A DNA stretch of 64,000 bases from a virus, in the IMG/VR virus record IMGVR_UViG_3300017763_000006, positions 1 through 64,000 of that record; one strand, 5' to 3'. The notes beneath the pieces were generated by a model. That model did not search any database and was not told the DNA's origin. It worked only from the letters and a program-made list of their open reading frames with translations. The position numbers and the translations under genes are program-made. Shown one piece after another: positions 38,902-48,840 of the stretch; positions within the stretch are counted from its first letter, which is position 1, and each line of letters opens with the position of its first letter.

Positions 38902-40461
38902 ATGGAATATAATGACAAAAAAACTTGGCAGCTTTTTGAAGAAGGTAAAACAAAAGGTGTCTTTCAGCTAGAAAGTAACCTTGGTAAATCTTGGTCGAAG
39001 AAACTTGCTCCAAATAATATTGAAGAGTTATCAGCTTTAATTGCGATTATTCGCCCCGGATGCTTAAAAGCATTTGTTGATGGTAAATCTATGACTCAAC
39101 ATTTTATTGATCGTAAGCATGGTCGTGAAGAGGTAACATATTTGCACGAATCATTGGAAGAGGTATTATTGCCTACGTATGGAGTGCTAGTATACCAAGA
39201 ACAATCCATGCGTATTGCTCAAAAAATAGCTGGCTTCAATCTTGAAGAAGCAGATGAATTACGAAAAGCTATTGGTAAGAAGAAAGCAGACCTTATGGCT
39301 AAAGTTAAAAAGAAATTTATAGCTGGAGCTAAGAGAGTCAAAATTGTGAACAAGGAAGAGGCAGAACAAATATTTGGATGGATTCAAGCTTCAGCTAGAT
39401 ACGCATTCAACAAGTCACATAGTATATCTTATGCTGTCTGTTCATACTGGAGCGCATACGAAAAGGCTCATAACACAGAGGCTTTTTTTCTGTCTTATTT
39501 GTATTACGCCAATGAAAAGCAAGATCCTCACCAAGAAGTATATGAGTTAATATCAGAAGCAAAGCTTTTTGACATACAAGCTAGAACACCAAGCCTAATT
39601 AATTTTGAAAATAAGTTCAATGTTAGGAATCATAAAATTTACTTTGGGATTAAAGACATTAAATCGTTGACAGGTAAAACTGGAGACAAAGCTATGAGTG
39701 CGATAAAAGAAGCTGAAGAAGATATGAATAAAGATATCTCTAAATTTACATGGATTGAGATACTACTATTTTTTGGCTCAAAAGTTAGTTCTACAGCCTT
39801 CAAAGCGTTAGCTTCCATAGGGTTCTTTAGAGACTTTAATGGTAAAGTATCTAGAAATAAAGCTTTGTATGATTACGAGATTTATAGAATTTTGACCAAG
39901 GCAGAACAGAAATGGCTTCAAAATAATTATCAAGATAAAAAGTGGACAAATTTAATTGACGCACTTACCGATTTAGCCCCAACCAAAAAACAGGGAGGTG
40001 GCACTAGCAAGATAGAAAGAAAACAGCTAGTAGAGAATGAAATACAACTGCTCATAGATCCACCATACGACTTGGAAGATGATGCAGCTTGGATTATTGA
40101 TCAAGAGACTAGGCTGTTAGGATGTCCAGTAACAATGACTAGAATAGAACGGTCGGACACATCTGCCGCCAATACCACATGCAAAGAAATTGTCAATGGA
40201 AAGAAAGGCAAAAACTTGTGCGTAGCAGCTAACATACAGAGACTAGCTGAGTATAAAATCAAAAAGGGCGAATCAAAAGGCCAAAACATGGCATTTTTAA
40301 CAATAGAAGATGACACCTGCATACTGGACAGTGTTGTAGTATTCCCCAGAATAAAAGAAAAGTATAAATATATATTATATGAGGGGAACAATTTAATATT
40401 CTGCGGCTATGTTAATAAAAATGATTCCTCGTTGATTGTGGAAAATGTTCACGAAGTTTAG
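38902..40461 (+). CDS. dnaE: DNA polymerase III alpha, C-terminal part (fingers, HhH, OB)
   Basis: GVFQLES, ALIAIIRPG, TYGVLVYQEQ, ADELRKAIGKK, YAFNKSH, MAFLTIED. Confidence 0.92.
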   Translation: MEYNDKKTWQLFEEGKTKGVFQLESNLGKSWSKKLAPNNIEELSALIAIIRPGCLKAFVDGKSMTQHFIDRKHGREEVTYLHESLEEVLLPTYGVLVYQEQSMRIAQKIAGFNLEEADELRKAIGKKKADLMAKVKKKFIAGAKRVKIVNKEEAEQIFGWIQASARYAFNKSHSISYAVCSYWSAYEKAHNTEAFFLSYLYYANEKQDPHQEVYELISEAKLFDIQARTPSLINFENKFNVRNHKIYFGIKDIKSLTGKTGDKAMSAIKEAEEDMNKDISKFTWIEILLFFGSKVSSTAFKALASIGFFRDFNGKVSRNKALYDYEIYRILTKAEQKWLQNNYQDKKWTNLIDALTDLAPTKKQGGGTSKIERKQLVENEIQLLIDPPYDLEDDAAWIIDQETRLLGCPVTMTRIERSDTSAANTTCKEIVNGKKGKNLCVAANIQRLAEYKIKKGESKGQNMAFLTIEDDTCILDSVVVFPRIKEKYKYILYEGNNLIFCGYVNKNDSSLIVENVHEV

Positions 40462-40508
40462 TTGTGTTTTATTGCTGTTTTAGCTAATATACAAAGATAG
40501 GAGAAAAT

Positions 40509-40841
40509 ATGAATAATTGTTGTTTTACGGGTTATCTTGTTGAAAATCCTAGAGCTAGGCATGTAAACAATGTCTTGTTGGTAGAATTTACAATGGTAAT
40601 TTATAACTATAGAAGGACCAAATCTACTGGAGAAAAAAGCAGAATACCTACGTACATTGTGTGTGAAGCTTGGCACACGGGCGCAGAGACAATAGAAAAG
40701 TTTGCAACTAAAGGAACTAAGATGACAGTTCAGGCCACAGCTAAAAATATAGACAAGGACCACGATGATATAATTTTTAGAATTAGCGAATTTGATATTT
40801 GTAAAAACGAAGATTTTGACGATTGGACGGATTTGCAATGA
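40509..40841 (+). CDS. Second SSB-like OB-fold protein
   Basis: MNNC.FTGYL..NP, CEAW..GAE, KGT; acidic tail EDFDDW. Confidence 0.72.
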   Translation: MNNCCFTGYLVENPRARHVNNVLLVEFTMVIYNYRRTKSTGEKSRIPTYIVCEAWHTGAETIEKFATKGTKMTVQATAKNIDKDHDDIIFRISEFDICKNEDFDDWTDLQ

Positions 40842-42493
40842 GAAAGAAAAAGATTCTTTTCTGTAGTGAAGCAACATTCTTAAATACTGGTTACGCAACA
40901 TACACCAGAGAAATCATGAATTATCTTCATAGCACCGGAAAATACGAATTAGCAGAATTAGGATCGTATGGAGAACAGGATGATCCGAGAGCTAGAAATA
41001 TACCGTGGACGTATTTTTCAGCCATGCTTCCTAAAGATCCTAGCCAAAGGGAACAAGAAATATTTAAATCTAAATATACCATGCAGTTTGGAGAGTATGC
41101 ATTTAAAGATGTATGTTTACAATTCCGTCCAGATATAGTGTGCGACATAAGAGACTTCTGGATGTTAGAATTTCAGGAAAGATCTCCATACAGAAAATTT
41201 TATAAGTGGTGCATAATGCCAACGGTTGACGCAGAACCACAAGCCACTCAGTGGATACAAACATATAGTTCTGCTGATGCTTGTTTAACTTACTCTGATT
41301 GGTCTGGAGAGTTATTAAAAAGGCAAAGCGATGGAGCAATAAATTATATAGGATCTGCACCTCCATCTGCACACTCAGCTTACTCAGTAATAAAAGACAA
41401 GAAAGAGTGCAGAAAAGAACTGGGATTACCAGAAAACGCAAAGATTATTGGCACTGTAATGAGAAATCAAAGGAGAAAATTATATCCTGATTTATTTAAA
41501 ACCTTCAAAATGATTTTAGAAACTGTTCCAGATCCAGAAAATTATTTGCTATATTGTCATACTAGTTTTCCAGACATGGGATGGGATTTGCCAGAACTAA
41601 TGATTAAAGAGGGCATAGCTTCAAAAGTAATTTTTACTTATATATGCATAGAAACAAAAAAAACATATTCCACATTCTTTGCTGGTCCTACTTCTATTTC
41701 TCCGTTTACCAATAAAATGTCAGGAGTAATAGCTAGCGTACAACAAGGTGCTTCGTATGATAGCTTATCAACAATCATGTCCTCTTTCGATCTTTATGTC
41801 CAGTATGCTAATTCTGAAGGTTTTGGATTGCCACAAGTTGAAGCTGCTGCGTGTGGTGTTCCAGTAGCTGCCGTAGACTATTCTGCAATGCATAGCGTAA
41901 TAAATCAGCTTGGAGGATTATCTTTAAAAACTAAGGCTCTATACAAAGAAATGGAAACTGGCTGCATGAGGGCTGTTCCAGACAATGAATATGCCGCAGA
42001 AGAAATATGCAAGTTTTTTAAACTAAGCGAAGATATTAGAAAAAACACAGGTAAAGATATTAAGCAAAATTTTCTTAAACATTTTCAATGGGACAAAAGC
42101 GGTCAGGTCTGGGAGAAATACTTCGATTCTGTAGAGATAGAACCAGATGAAAAAACGTGGTTATCTCAGCCAGATATACAAAGACCCGCAGCTAAACCAG
42201 AAGAATCAGAATTTAATAGTGTTACAGAAATGACTAACTTTTTAATAGACGAAGTTTTGCGTCAACCAGAACACAAAAATTCTTTTTTCAGTCTCAGGCT
42301 CAGAAGAGATTTACTTTATAGATTTTCAACTAGTGCTGTCGATGGAATATATATGAACGATAGCTCAATGGTTGGAGACCCTAGCAAAAAAGCAAACTTA
42401 TTTAATTTTGATAAAGCATACGAAATAATGAAGAATAGAAGACTAGAAATTAATATGTATGAAGACATAAGGAAAAGGGCGTTTAATCTATGA
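40823..42493 (+). CDS. Glycosyltransferase GT-B (GT4-like), start probably 40838
   Basis: TGYA.Y, RNQRRK, SEGFGLPQVEAAACGVP. Confidence 0.88.
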   Translation: MDGFAMRKKKILFCSEATFLNTGYATYTREIMNYLHSTGKYELAELGSYGEQDDPRARNIPWTYFSAMLPKDPSQREQEIFKSKYTMQFGEYAFKDVCLQFRPDIVCDIRDFWMLEFQERSPYRKFYKWCIMPTVDAEPQATQWIQTYSSADACLTYSDWSGELLKRQSDGAINYIGSAPPSAHSAYSVIKDKKECRKELGLPENAKIIGTVMRNQRRKLYPDLFKTFKMILETVPDPENYLLYCHTSFPDMGWDLPELMIKEGIASKVIFTYICIETKKTYSTFFAGPTSISPFTNKMSGVIASVQQGASYDSLSTIMSSFDLYVQYANSEGFGLPQVEAAACGVPVAAVDYSAMHSVINQLGGLSLKTKALYKEMETGCMRAVPDNEYAAEEICKFFKLSEDIRKNTGKDIKQNFLKHFQWDKSGQVWEKYFDSVEIEPDEKTWLSQPDIQRPAAKPEESEFNSVTEMTNFLIDEVLRQPEHKNSFFSLRLRRDLLYRFSTSAVDGIYMNDSSMVGDPSKKANLFNFDKAYEIMKNRRLEINMYEDIRKRAFNL

Positions 42494-43599
42494 AAATCTT
42501 ATATATTGCACACTACAAAGAGTCATCTGGATGGTCTAATGCCGCTATACAAAATGTATTAGCACTACGCAGCGCTGGCTTAGACGTTGTATGTAGAGAC
42601 ATAAAGCTAACGAATAAAGAACATACTCCCGATCCAGTAATAGAGGAATTAGAGCGTAAAGACCTGAAGGGCGTTACCGATTGCATACAACACGTATTGC
42701 CTCACCACATATGCGGAACTGAAAAATTTTCAGGTAAAAATATTTCTCATTACGTGGCTGAGTCTATGTTTACTCAAAAAAATACTTGGCACACATTTTT
42801 AGATTTAACAGATGAAGTGTGGGTTCCGAACGATACTCTAAAAGAAAATACCAAACAATTTGTCAATAAACCAGTACATACTATTCCATATGCTTTTGAT
42901 ACATCTGTTTATCAAAAAGAATACCAAAAAATAGATTTAGACCATCATAACAGCTCATTTAAGTTTTATACTATAGCTGATATTAACGAACGAAAAAATA
43001 TTAAATCAATAATAAGGTGCTACTATCATACGTTTAAATTTTATGAAAATACCGTACTAATACTTAAGATATCCAAATACGGAGTTCCAGAAGAAACCTT
43101 GAGGCAATCTATAGGTCAAATGTGCCAAGAGATACAAAATGAAATGAGGATGTATAAAGACGTTGGAAGATATCCACCTATTAGAATTTTTTGTGAACGA
43201 GTACCAACGGACACTATATATTCAATTCACCGAAGCTGTGATTGTTTCGTTGGCGTTTCACATGGGGAAGGTTGGTCTATACCAGCATTTGACGCTATGT
43301 GCTTTGGGAACAAGCCAATATGCAGCGACGAAGGTGGGCCAAAAATGTTTATAGATAAAAATGATAAGACTTCAGGATCATTGATTTCTGGATCTTACAG
43401 TATATGCAATCAATCTGACAGTGCTTTTGCGCATATATTTACTGGATCAGAATTCTGGTTTTCTCCTAGCGAGAAAAAGGTTTGTGAAACAATGAGAGAA
43501 AGATATAATAATCGTGAACGACACAAATCACCTTGGGAATTAGGTAAAAAATATTCTCACAAAGTTGTAGGACAACAAATGGAAGAGCTTTTAAAATGA
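42490..43599 (+). CDS. Glycosyltransferase GT-B (GT4-like)
   Basis: DEVWVP, ERKN, SHGEGWSIPAFDAMCFG. Confidence 0.85.
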   Translation: MKILYIAHYKESSGWSNAAIQNVLALRSAGLDVVCRDIKLTNKEHTPDPVIEELERKDLKGVTDCIQHVLPHHICGTEKFSGKNISHYVAESMFTQKNTWHTFLDLTDEVWVPNDTLKENTKQFVNKPVHTIPYAFDTSVYQKEYQKIDLDHHNSSFKFYTIADINERKNIKSIIRCYYHTFKFYENTVLILKISKYGVPEETLRQSIGQMCQEIQNEMRMYKDVGRYPPIRIFCERVPTDTIYSIHRSCDCFVGVSHGEGWSIPAFDAMCFGNKPICSDEGGPKMFIDKNDKTSGSLISGSYSICNQSDSAFAHIFTGSEFWFSPSEKKVCETMRERYNNRERHKSPWELGKKYSHKVVGQQMEELLK

Positions 43600-44081
43600 A
43601 AACATTACAACTATTTATGTCTGATGTTAACTTGGATAACAATAATATACTCGTAATAGGACAGGGCGTTCTATCTAATGAAATTATGGAGACCAATCAT
43701 AATTTTTACATAATGACAGAAGAAAAAATAGATAACCCGTTTGAAAATTTACATCAAATAACATCTGGGCAAATACCTACTTCTATTGGCTTTGATCTTA
43801 TCATAATGCAAGATTTTAATGAACAATCTTTAAGAATTCAAGAGGGTGTGTCCAAAAGACTTAATGTGCCAACAGTCAGATTATACAGAGATGGACCACC
43901 AGAATCTGTAAATCCTCAAAATAAAGAAATCTTTAAAAGATTCTCTGGTGATATTAATGTATTTTTTGACATTCTTAACTACCAAAGGTGGATAGTAAAT
44001 CCAGAAGCTACAACAGAAATAATGACAGACGAAACGTCCAGCAAATGGAATGAAGTTTTTCAATTAGTACGTAAAGGATAA
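43596..44081 (+). CDS. Hypothetical protein (possible degenerate GT domain)
   Basis: Located in glycan cluster; FDLII motif. Confidence 0.45.
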   Translation: MKTLQLFMSDVNLDNNNILVIGQGVLSNEIMETNHNFYIMTEEKIDNPFENLHQITSGQIPTSIGFDLIIMQDFNEQSLRIQEGVSKRLNVPTVRLYRDGPPESVNPQNKEIFKRFSGDINVFFDILNYQRWIVNPEATTEIMTDETSSKWNEVFQLVRKG

Positions 44082-44084
44082 AAT

Positions 44085-44504
44085 ATGAATTTAAATATAA
44101 CATGGGACGAAAAACACGATATAGACAATTACATCAATATTCATGTCAGTGAAAACGACTATTTAGAAAAAATAAAGAAAATACCAGACGCTGGCTGCAA
44201 AGTAATTCATGTGTCAGAAGGGGCTTATTTACTAGATTATAAGAGTGTTTTTGAATTATTGCAAATGTGCGTAACAAAACTAAGAATGAACGGAAGAATT
44301 TCTATATCTGTATTTAATTTTGATTTAATATGCGCTGATTATATTGGCGGCTCGTTAGAATCGGAAGTTCTTAGTCGATATTTATCAAATATGAATAGCA
44401 ATGTAAGATATGACGAAGTAAGTCGAATTTTTTATCAAAATAATATCAAACTACAAGGCATAGATAGAGCAGAATACTATCAAGTGCTACACGGAAGTAG
44501 ATAA
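44085..44504 (+). CDS. Degenerate methyltransferase-like protein
   Basis: KLRMNGRISISVFNFD resembles a class I MTase C-terminal half. Confidence 0.45.
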   Translation: MNLNITWDEKHDIDNYINIHVSENDYLEKIKKIPDAGCKVIHVSEGAYLLDYKSVFELLQMCVTKLRMNGRISISVFNFDLICADYIGGSLESEVLSRYLSNMNSNVRYDEVSRIFYQNNIKLQGIDRAEYYQVLHGSR

Positions 44505-44505
44505 T

Positions 44506-45258
44506 ATGAGAAGATCTAAGTGTGTTACTACAACAAAAAAAACAAGAAGAAGTAGAAAGTATGATGACTTTATTACTATAGTCTTGTTGCACGATCAAAT
44601 AATTAACAGAATGAGGTGTCACGAACCCATATGTTTTATTGAGCTTAATGATCAACAAAAATTAATAGACAAACAAATACAAGCAATAAACAGCAGATTT
44701 AAAAACTATGAGCTAATTATATCTATAGGTAATTATGCAGATAAAATCTATGATCATATAAAAAAGAAACATAAAAACAAATCCATAAGACTCATAGAAA
44801 ATATGAATTATATGGACACTAATTCCTGCGAAAGTATTAGGCTTTGCATCCACAATACAAATAACGACAAAATACTTGTTATAGACGGAAATTTATGTTT
44901 TAACGACAAAGTGTTTGACAACTTAGATTTTAACAAATCGTTTGCCTTGGTAAATAAAAACAATGAAGAGAGTTTAGAAATTGGAGTAAATGTACACAAC
45001 GAAAAGATACAATTTTTGTGCTATGGAGCTAGTCAAAAGTGGTCTGAAATATTCTTTTTAAAGGGTAGTAAAATAATACTTGATTTAGAAAGCACACTAA
45101 ACAAAAAATCTTTTAAGAAAAAATTCTGGTTTGAGGCTATAAATGAATTAGTAGCCAACCACAACATTGCTGGATTTATAAACAAAAGTGAAATACTTAA
45201 AATAAAAAATATTAAAACATACAATATAGCTAGGAGACAAAATGAAATTCTTGATTGA
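44506..45258 (+). CDS. NTP-transferase-like protein (LicC/sugar nucleotidyltransferase fold, possibly degenerate)
   Basis: RM...P..I..L.KQI, N.NY..TNS..S, L.IDG.L pattern. Confidence 0.6.
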   Translation: MRRSKCVTTTKKTRRSRKYDDFITIVLLHDQIINRMRCHEPICFIELNDQQKLIDKQIQAINSRFKNYELIISIGNYADKIYDHIKKKHKNKSIRLIENMNYMDTNSCESIRLCIHNTNNDKILVIDGNLCFNDKVFDNLDFNKSFALVNKNNEESLEIGVNVHNEKIQFLCYGASQKWSEIFFLKGSKIILDLESTLNKKSFKKKFWFEAINELVANHNIAGFINKSEILKIKNIKTYNIARRQNEILD

Positions 45259-46111
45259 CTCATATAGCAACCCAGTAAATAGTACGCAATCTATGTATTT
45301 TCACCATCATATAAATGCGATGGAAGAACATGAGTCTTACATAACAAGCCCGTCTTTGCCGCTTTTTGACACTCTTGACGCATTTGGCCCTGACGTATAC
45401 ATAACATCTGCTAAGACTTTAAGATGGGACTATGTAGAATATATCAAAGATACCGGGTCAGAAATTAAGACATTTATAAGCCTTGATGATACTAAATTAG
45501 GTAATATACATAGTGTGGTAGAAACTTTAAAAGAAAACAATATTAAAGCAAGGTTTTTCTTAAACGGAAGTACGCAGATTGGATTAAAATCTTTAAAAAT
45601 TTCTACTATTCCAATTCTTCCAGCTATAGATAGCAATTTAAATATTTACTTTAATGAGTCTCAAAGATACCAGTGGAAAAATAAAATAGATTATCTTATA
45701 GTTTCTAGCTCTGTTGAGAATTTGCACATACCATCGTCTATAGGGAATAATAGCACCTTTCATATATATTCTTCAGATGGCAAGGGAGATTTGCTTGAAA
45801 CAATAGTGACTTGCAATAACGAATTATTTCATAATTACCATAATATTATTTTCGACAATTTAGATTTAGGTGTAAGCCAAATGTTTTTACAAGCTATAAT
45901 TAGCGGAACTCCAACGTATTATTTTGATCCCAACGGTAATCATGATGAAATGTTATCTAGGATACTAAAAACTGAGCAAACATTAAATTGGTTAGATAAA
46001 TCTAAAGTTACCGATTTTTCAGACATAAGAAAACACATTCAAGAAAAACACAAATCAGAAAATAGAGTCAAATCACTACTTTCGCAACTACCACAGGTGT
46101 GCCATGCTTAA
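45242..46111 (+). CDS. Hypothetical protein, GT-associated
   Basis: Located in glycan cluster. Confidence 0.5.
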   Translation: MKFLIDSYSNPVNSTQSMYFHHHINAMEEHESYITSPSLPLFDTLDAFGPDVYITSAKTLRWDYVEYIKDTGSEIKTFISLDDTKLGNIHSVVETLKENNIKARFFLNGSTQIGLKSLKISTIPILPAIDSNLNIYFNESQRYQWKNKIDYLIVSSSVENLHIPSSIGNNSTFHIYSSDGKGDLLETIVTCNNELFHNYHNIIFDNLDLGVSQMFLQAIISGTPTYYFDPNGNHDEMLSRILKTEQTLNWLDKSKVTDFSDIRKHIQEKHKSENRVKSLLSQLPQVCHA

Positions 46112-46853
46112 ACAAGATAGAATACAAGTGCATATGCACCTATATTATAAAGATCCATCTATTTATTTGATGGACAAAATAAGACAGAAATGGGATGGAA
46201 GAGTTAATATATCCTTAAACGACGATGGAGAAGCTAATGATACAATTGTAGAATATGCACAAAAAATATTTCCAGAAGTGCGTACCGTTACAACTCCAAA
46301 CTTAGGAAATGATCAAATAGGTTTTAAAAAATCTATCGCCACAAACAAAGAGTCTGGCAAAGATTGGATATTTTATGTTCATGACAAATCTCAAGATAAA
46401 CAGAAATGGGTAGATGACATAGTAGACCCAATAATAAATCAAGAAGAAGTAGTAGATGAATTAATAGAAAAAGACGAATATGGAATTATATCATCTGCTA
46501 AAAGATGTAACAAAATATTTGATGAAGAATATCTTATAGAATTTAGTAAAAAATGCAAGCTTTCAGAAAAGAATTTAGTTGTAGGGTCAAGACATACTCT
46601 TGTGTGGTTAAGAGAATTACAATACATATTGTACGATATTCATGGGTTCATAGATAGAAAAAATATCAATTTTCAGTTTACTGCTGGAACTATGTTTCTA
46701 ATTAACGAAGATATCGTCAAGCTGTCACATGATTGTATACATGAAAATTATTTTGAAAAACAATACAGACCAGATGGAAAAGTCGAACACGCATTAGAGA
46801 GATTTTATTATTATGTTTCAGCGTGTCTTCGTAAAAAAATAATGTTTATATAA
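46104..46853 (+). CDS. Rhamnan synthesis F (RgpF)-like protein
   Basis: VHMHLYY, N.G.D, HDKS, F.AGTMF, DG..EHALER. Confidence 0.72.
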   Translation: MLKQDRIQVHMHLYYKDPSIYLMDKIRQKWDGRVNISLNDDGEANDTIVEYAQKIFPEVRTVTTPNLGNDQIGFKKSIATNKESGKDWIFYVHDKSQDKQKWVDDIVDPIINQEEVVDELIEKDEYGIISSAKRCNKIFDEEYLIEFSKKCKLSEKNLVVGSRHTLVWLRELQYILYDIHGFIDRKNINFQFTAGTMFLINEDIVKLSHDCIHENYFEKQYRPDGKVEHALERFYYYVSACLRKKIMFI

Positions 46854-46863
46854 GGAAACAAAA

Positions 46864-47292
46864 ATGAAAAATTTAGCAATTATTATTGGTGATTCTGGAG
46901 TAGACATAAAAGGCATGAATACTCTTATTAGTATAATTTTAAAACACTGCGATGTTGATAATTTGTCTATTTTTTCTGATCAAATAATAGGTAATTTACC
47001 TTGTTCTAAATTTTGTTTTGCCGAAGTAGTGTCTTTTCAGGGTGAGATAATCGCATTTACTGTAAACGACGTATTAAGTATTTTAAAAATGCATCCTAAT
47101 AAAAAACCATTATTCTTGTTTGACAAGCAGAATAGAGGGAATATGATAGAATTTATGAAGTTGTTAGATAATATTAAATTAACTATAATATCAGAAGAGT
47201 GCCAAGAACTTGCATTAGAGTGTTATCGTATTACATCACAAACGCCAAAAACTCTATTACAAGCTTTAGGTATAAAAAAGGAGATAACTTGA
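46864..47292 (+). CDS. Hypothetical protein
   Basis: ORF with AAGGA RBS. Confidence 0.6.
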   Translation: MKNLAIIIGDSGVDIKGMNTLISIILKHCDVDNLSIFSDQIIGNLPCSKFCFAEVVSFQGEIIAFTVNDVLSILKMHPNKKPLFLFDKQNRGNMIEFMKLLDNIKLTIISEECQELALECYRITSQTPKTLLQALGIKKEIT

Positions 47293-47299
47293 TAATAAT

Positions 47300-48067
47300 A
47301 TGAAAGATCAAGACATAATTAAAATGTACTCTAAACAAAAAATGAGTACCTACGAAATAGCTAAACAGCTTAACACTTATCCCAACAAGATAAGAAGAGT
47401 ATTGCTAAAAAACGGTGTGCATATGAACGACAAAAGCACAGCCCAAAAAAACGCAATTAAAAATGGGACTGCAAAAATACCAACAAAAGGTAGATGCAGG
47501 AGCAAGGAAGAAAAACTCAAAATAAGTTCATCTCTAAAAAAGAGGTGGAGCGAAATATCAGAGGATGATTATAATGAACATGTAAGGAAGGCTAAAGAGC
47601 GTTGGAGTAATTTGTCAGAAGCAACTAAGAGATCCATGAATGAAGCAGCAATCAAGGCGATACAAAAAGCTGGTAAAGAGGGATCTAAGTTAGAGAAATT
47701 TCTAGTTTCAGAATTAAGAAATCATGGGTATGAAGTAAGACCTCATGTTAAAAATCTAATACCAAATGAGAATTTAGAAATTGATATGTATTTTCCAGAT
47801 ATGAAATTAATAGTAGAGATTGATGGACCGTCTCACTTTATGCCAATATGGGGAGAAGACAAGCTTAGAAAGCAGATAAAAGCAGATTCTCACAAAACTG
47901 GGTTGATTTTAAGCAAGGGTTTTGCTATAATAAGAGTAAAGAGTCTAGCTGACTCTATCTCTCTGAGTTCTAGGGAAGAGCTAAAGGATAATCTAATTAA
48001 GCTTCTAGGTGAAATAAAGAAGAAGTTTCCAAAACAGTCTGATAGGTACATTGAAATTGAAATATGA
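47300..48067 (+). CDS. HTH/NUMOD-like DNA-binding region + DUF559/Vsr-like endonuclease
   Basis: MSTYEIAKQLNTY HTH; RSKEEKLKIS; SKLEK, EIDMY, IVEIDGPSH. Confidence 0.75.
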   Translation: MKDQDIIKMYSKQKMSTYEIAKQLNTYPNKIRRVLLKNGVHMNDKSTAQKNAIKNGTAKIPTKGRCRSKEEKLKISSSLKKRWSEISEDDYNEHVRKAKERWSNLSEATKRSMNEAAIKAIQKAGKEGSKLEKFLVSELRNHGYEVRPHVKNLIPNENLEIDMYFPDMKLIVEIDGPSHFMPIWGEDKLRKQIKADSHKTGLILSKGFAIIRVKSLADSISLSSREELKDNLIKLLGEIKKKFPKQSDRYIEIEI

Positions 48068-48840
48068 AAGGACAAGAAATGGAAGTAGCAGAAGATATGT
48101 TTGAAGGAGTAGAAGAATTGAAGACACCATCAAATACTGATACATCAGTAAAAAATGTTGTGTTAGAAGATGCGCCGTCTATGCTTTCTCCAGAGTGGCA
48201 TGACTATGCCATGACACTTTTTCAGGAAGACGAATTAATGAACGGTCATCCGCTAGTAACAGGGCTTAGAAGGGTTTCTGAGTTAGTTCTAGGGCCGATG
48301 TCTTTTAGTGGTCCAACGTGGGTAAAGCCCACAGATCGTGATGATCATCATGGAAGGGCTACTGTTATATTTACCATAGAGTTTGCTAATGGTCTAAGGT
48401 GTGCAGAAGTAGCAGATTCGTGGGAGGGCAACACTGATGACATGTTTTGCGCATTCGCTGTGGCAATTGCTAGCACAAGAGCAGAAGCTAGGGCGCTTCG
48501 TAAGGTTCTAAAGATCAAAGGTGTTGCAGCGGAAGAACTTACCAAAAAAGATACTGCTAAAATTGTAAGAGATCTATCTAAGCAAACAAGCAGTACATCT
48601 GGCGATTACGACGATTCCAGTAGAATGAGCGATGCACAATTCAATTTTATTGACGTTAAATGCAGACAACTAAACGTAAACGGCAAGAAACTATTTAAAG
48701 AAGTGTGCAATGTAGACCAAAATCGTAAAGTTTCTAAGAAAGCTGCTAGTGAAATTATTGACGTACTCAATAACTATCAAAAAGACAAAAGTTCAGTACC
48801 CGATGGTATTGTTGGTTATAACGAAGAATGGAGAAACTAA
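48064..48840 (+). CDS. Putative single-strand annealing protein
   Basis: GLRRV, A.V, IASTRAEARALRKVL...AAEEL, resembling Rad52/Sak-type SSAP cores. Confidence 0.55.
   Translation: MKGQEMEVAEDMFEGVEELKTPSNTDTSVKNVVLEDAPSMLSPEWHDYAMTLFQEDELMNGHPLVTGLRRVSELVLGPMSFSGPTWVKPTDRDDHHGRATVIFTIEFANGLRCAEVADSWEGNTDDMFCAFAVAIASTRAEARALRKVLKIKGVAAEELTKKDTAKIVRDLSKQTSSTSGDYDDSSRMSDAQFNFIDVKCRQLNVNGKKLFKEVCNVDQNRKVSKKAASEIIDVLNNYQKDKSSVPDGIVGYNEEWRN

Noticed and set aside
5906-38904. TAG stop-codon reassignment suggested by in-frame TAG-ATG junctions (5908/5909, 38901/38902)
   Set aside because: Long conserved genes are intact under the standard code, and ssb has its own GGAGG RBS.
37650-38960. Split intein or group I intron joining the DnaE halves
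   Set aside because: There are no intein terminal motifs, and the intervening DNA is fully occupied by overlapping ORFs.
36161-40461. Both DnaE halves are exactly 519 aa
   Set aside because: They are non-homologous parts of the enzyme; treated as coincidence.
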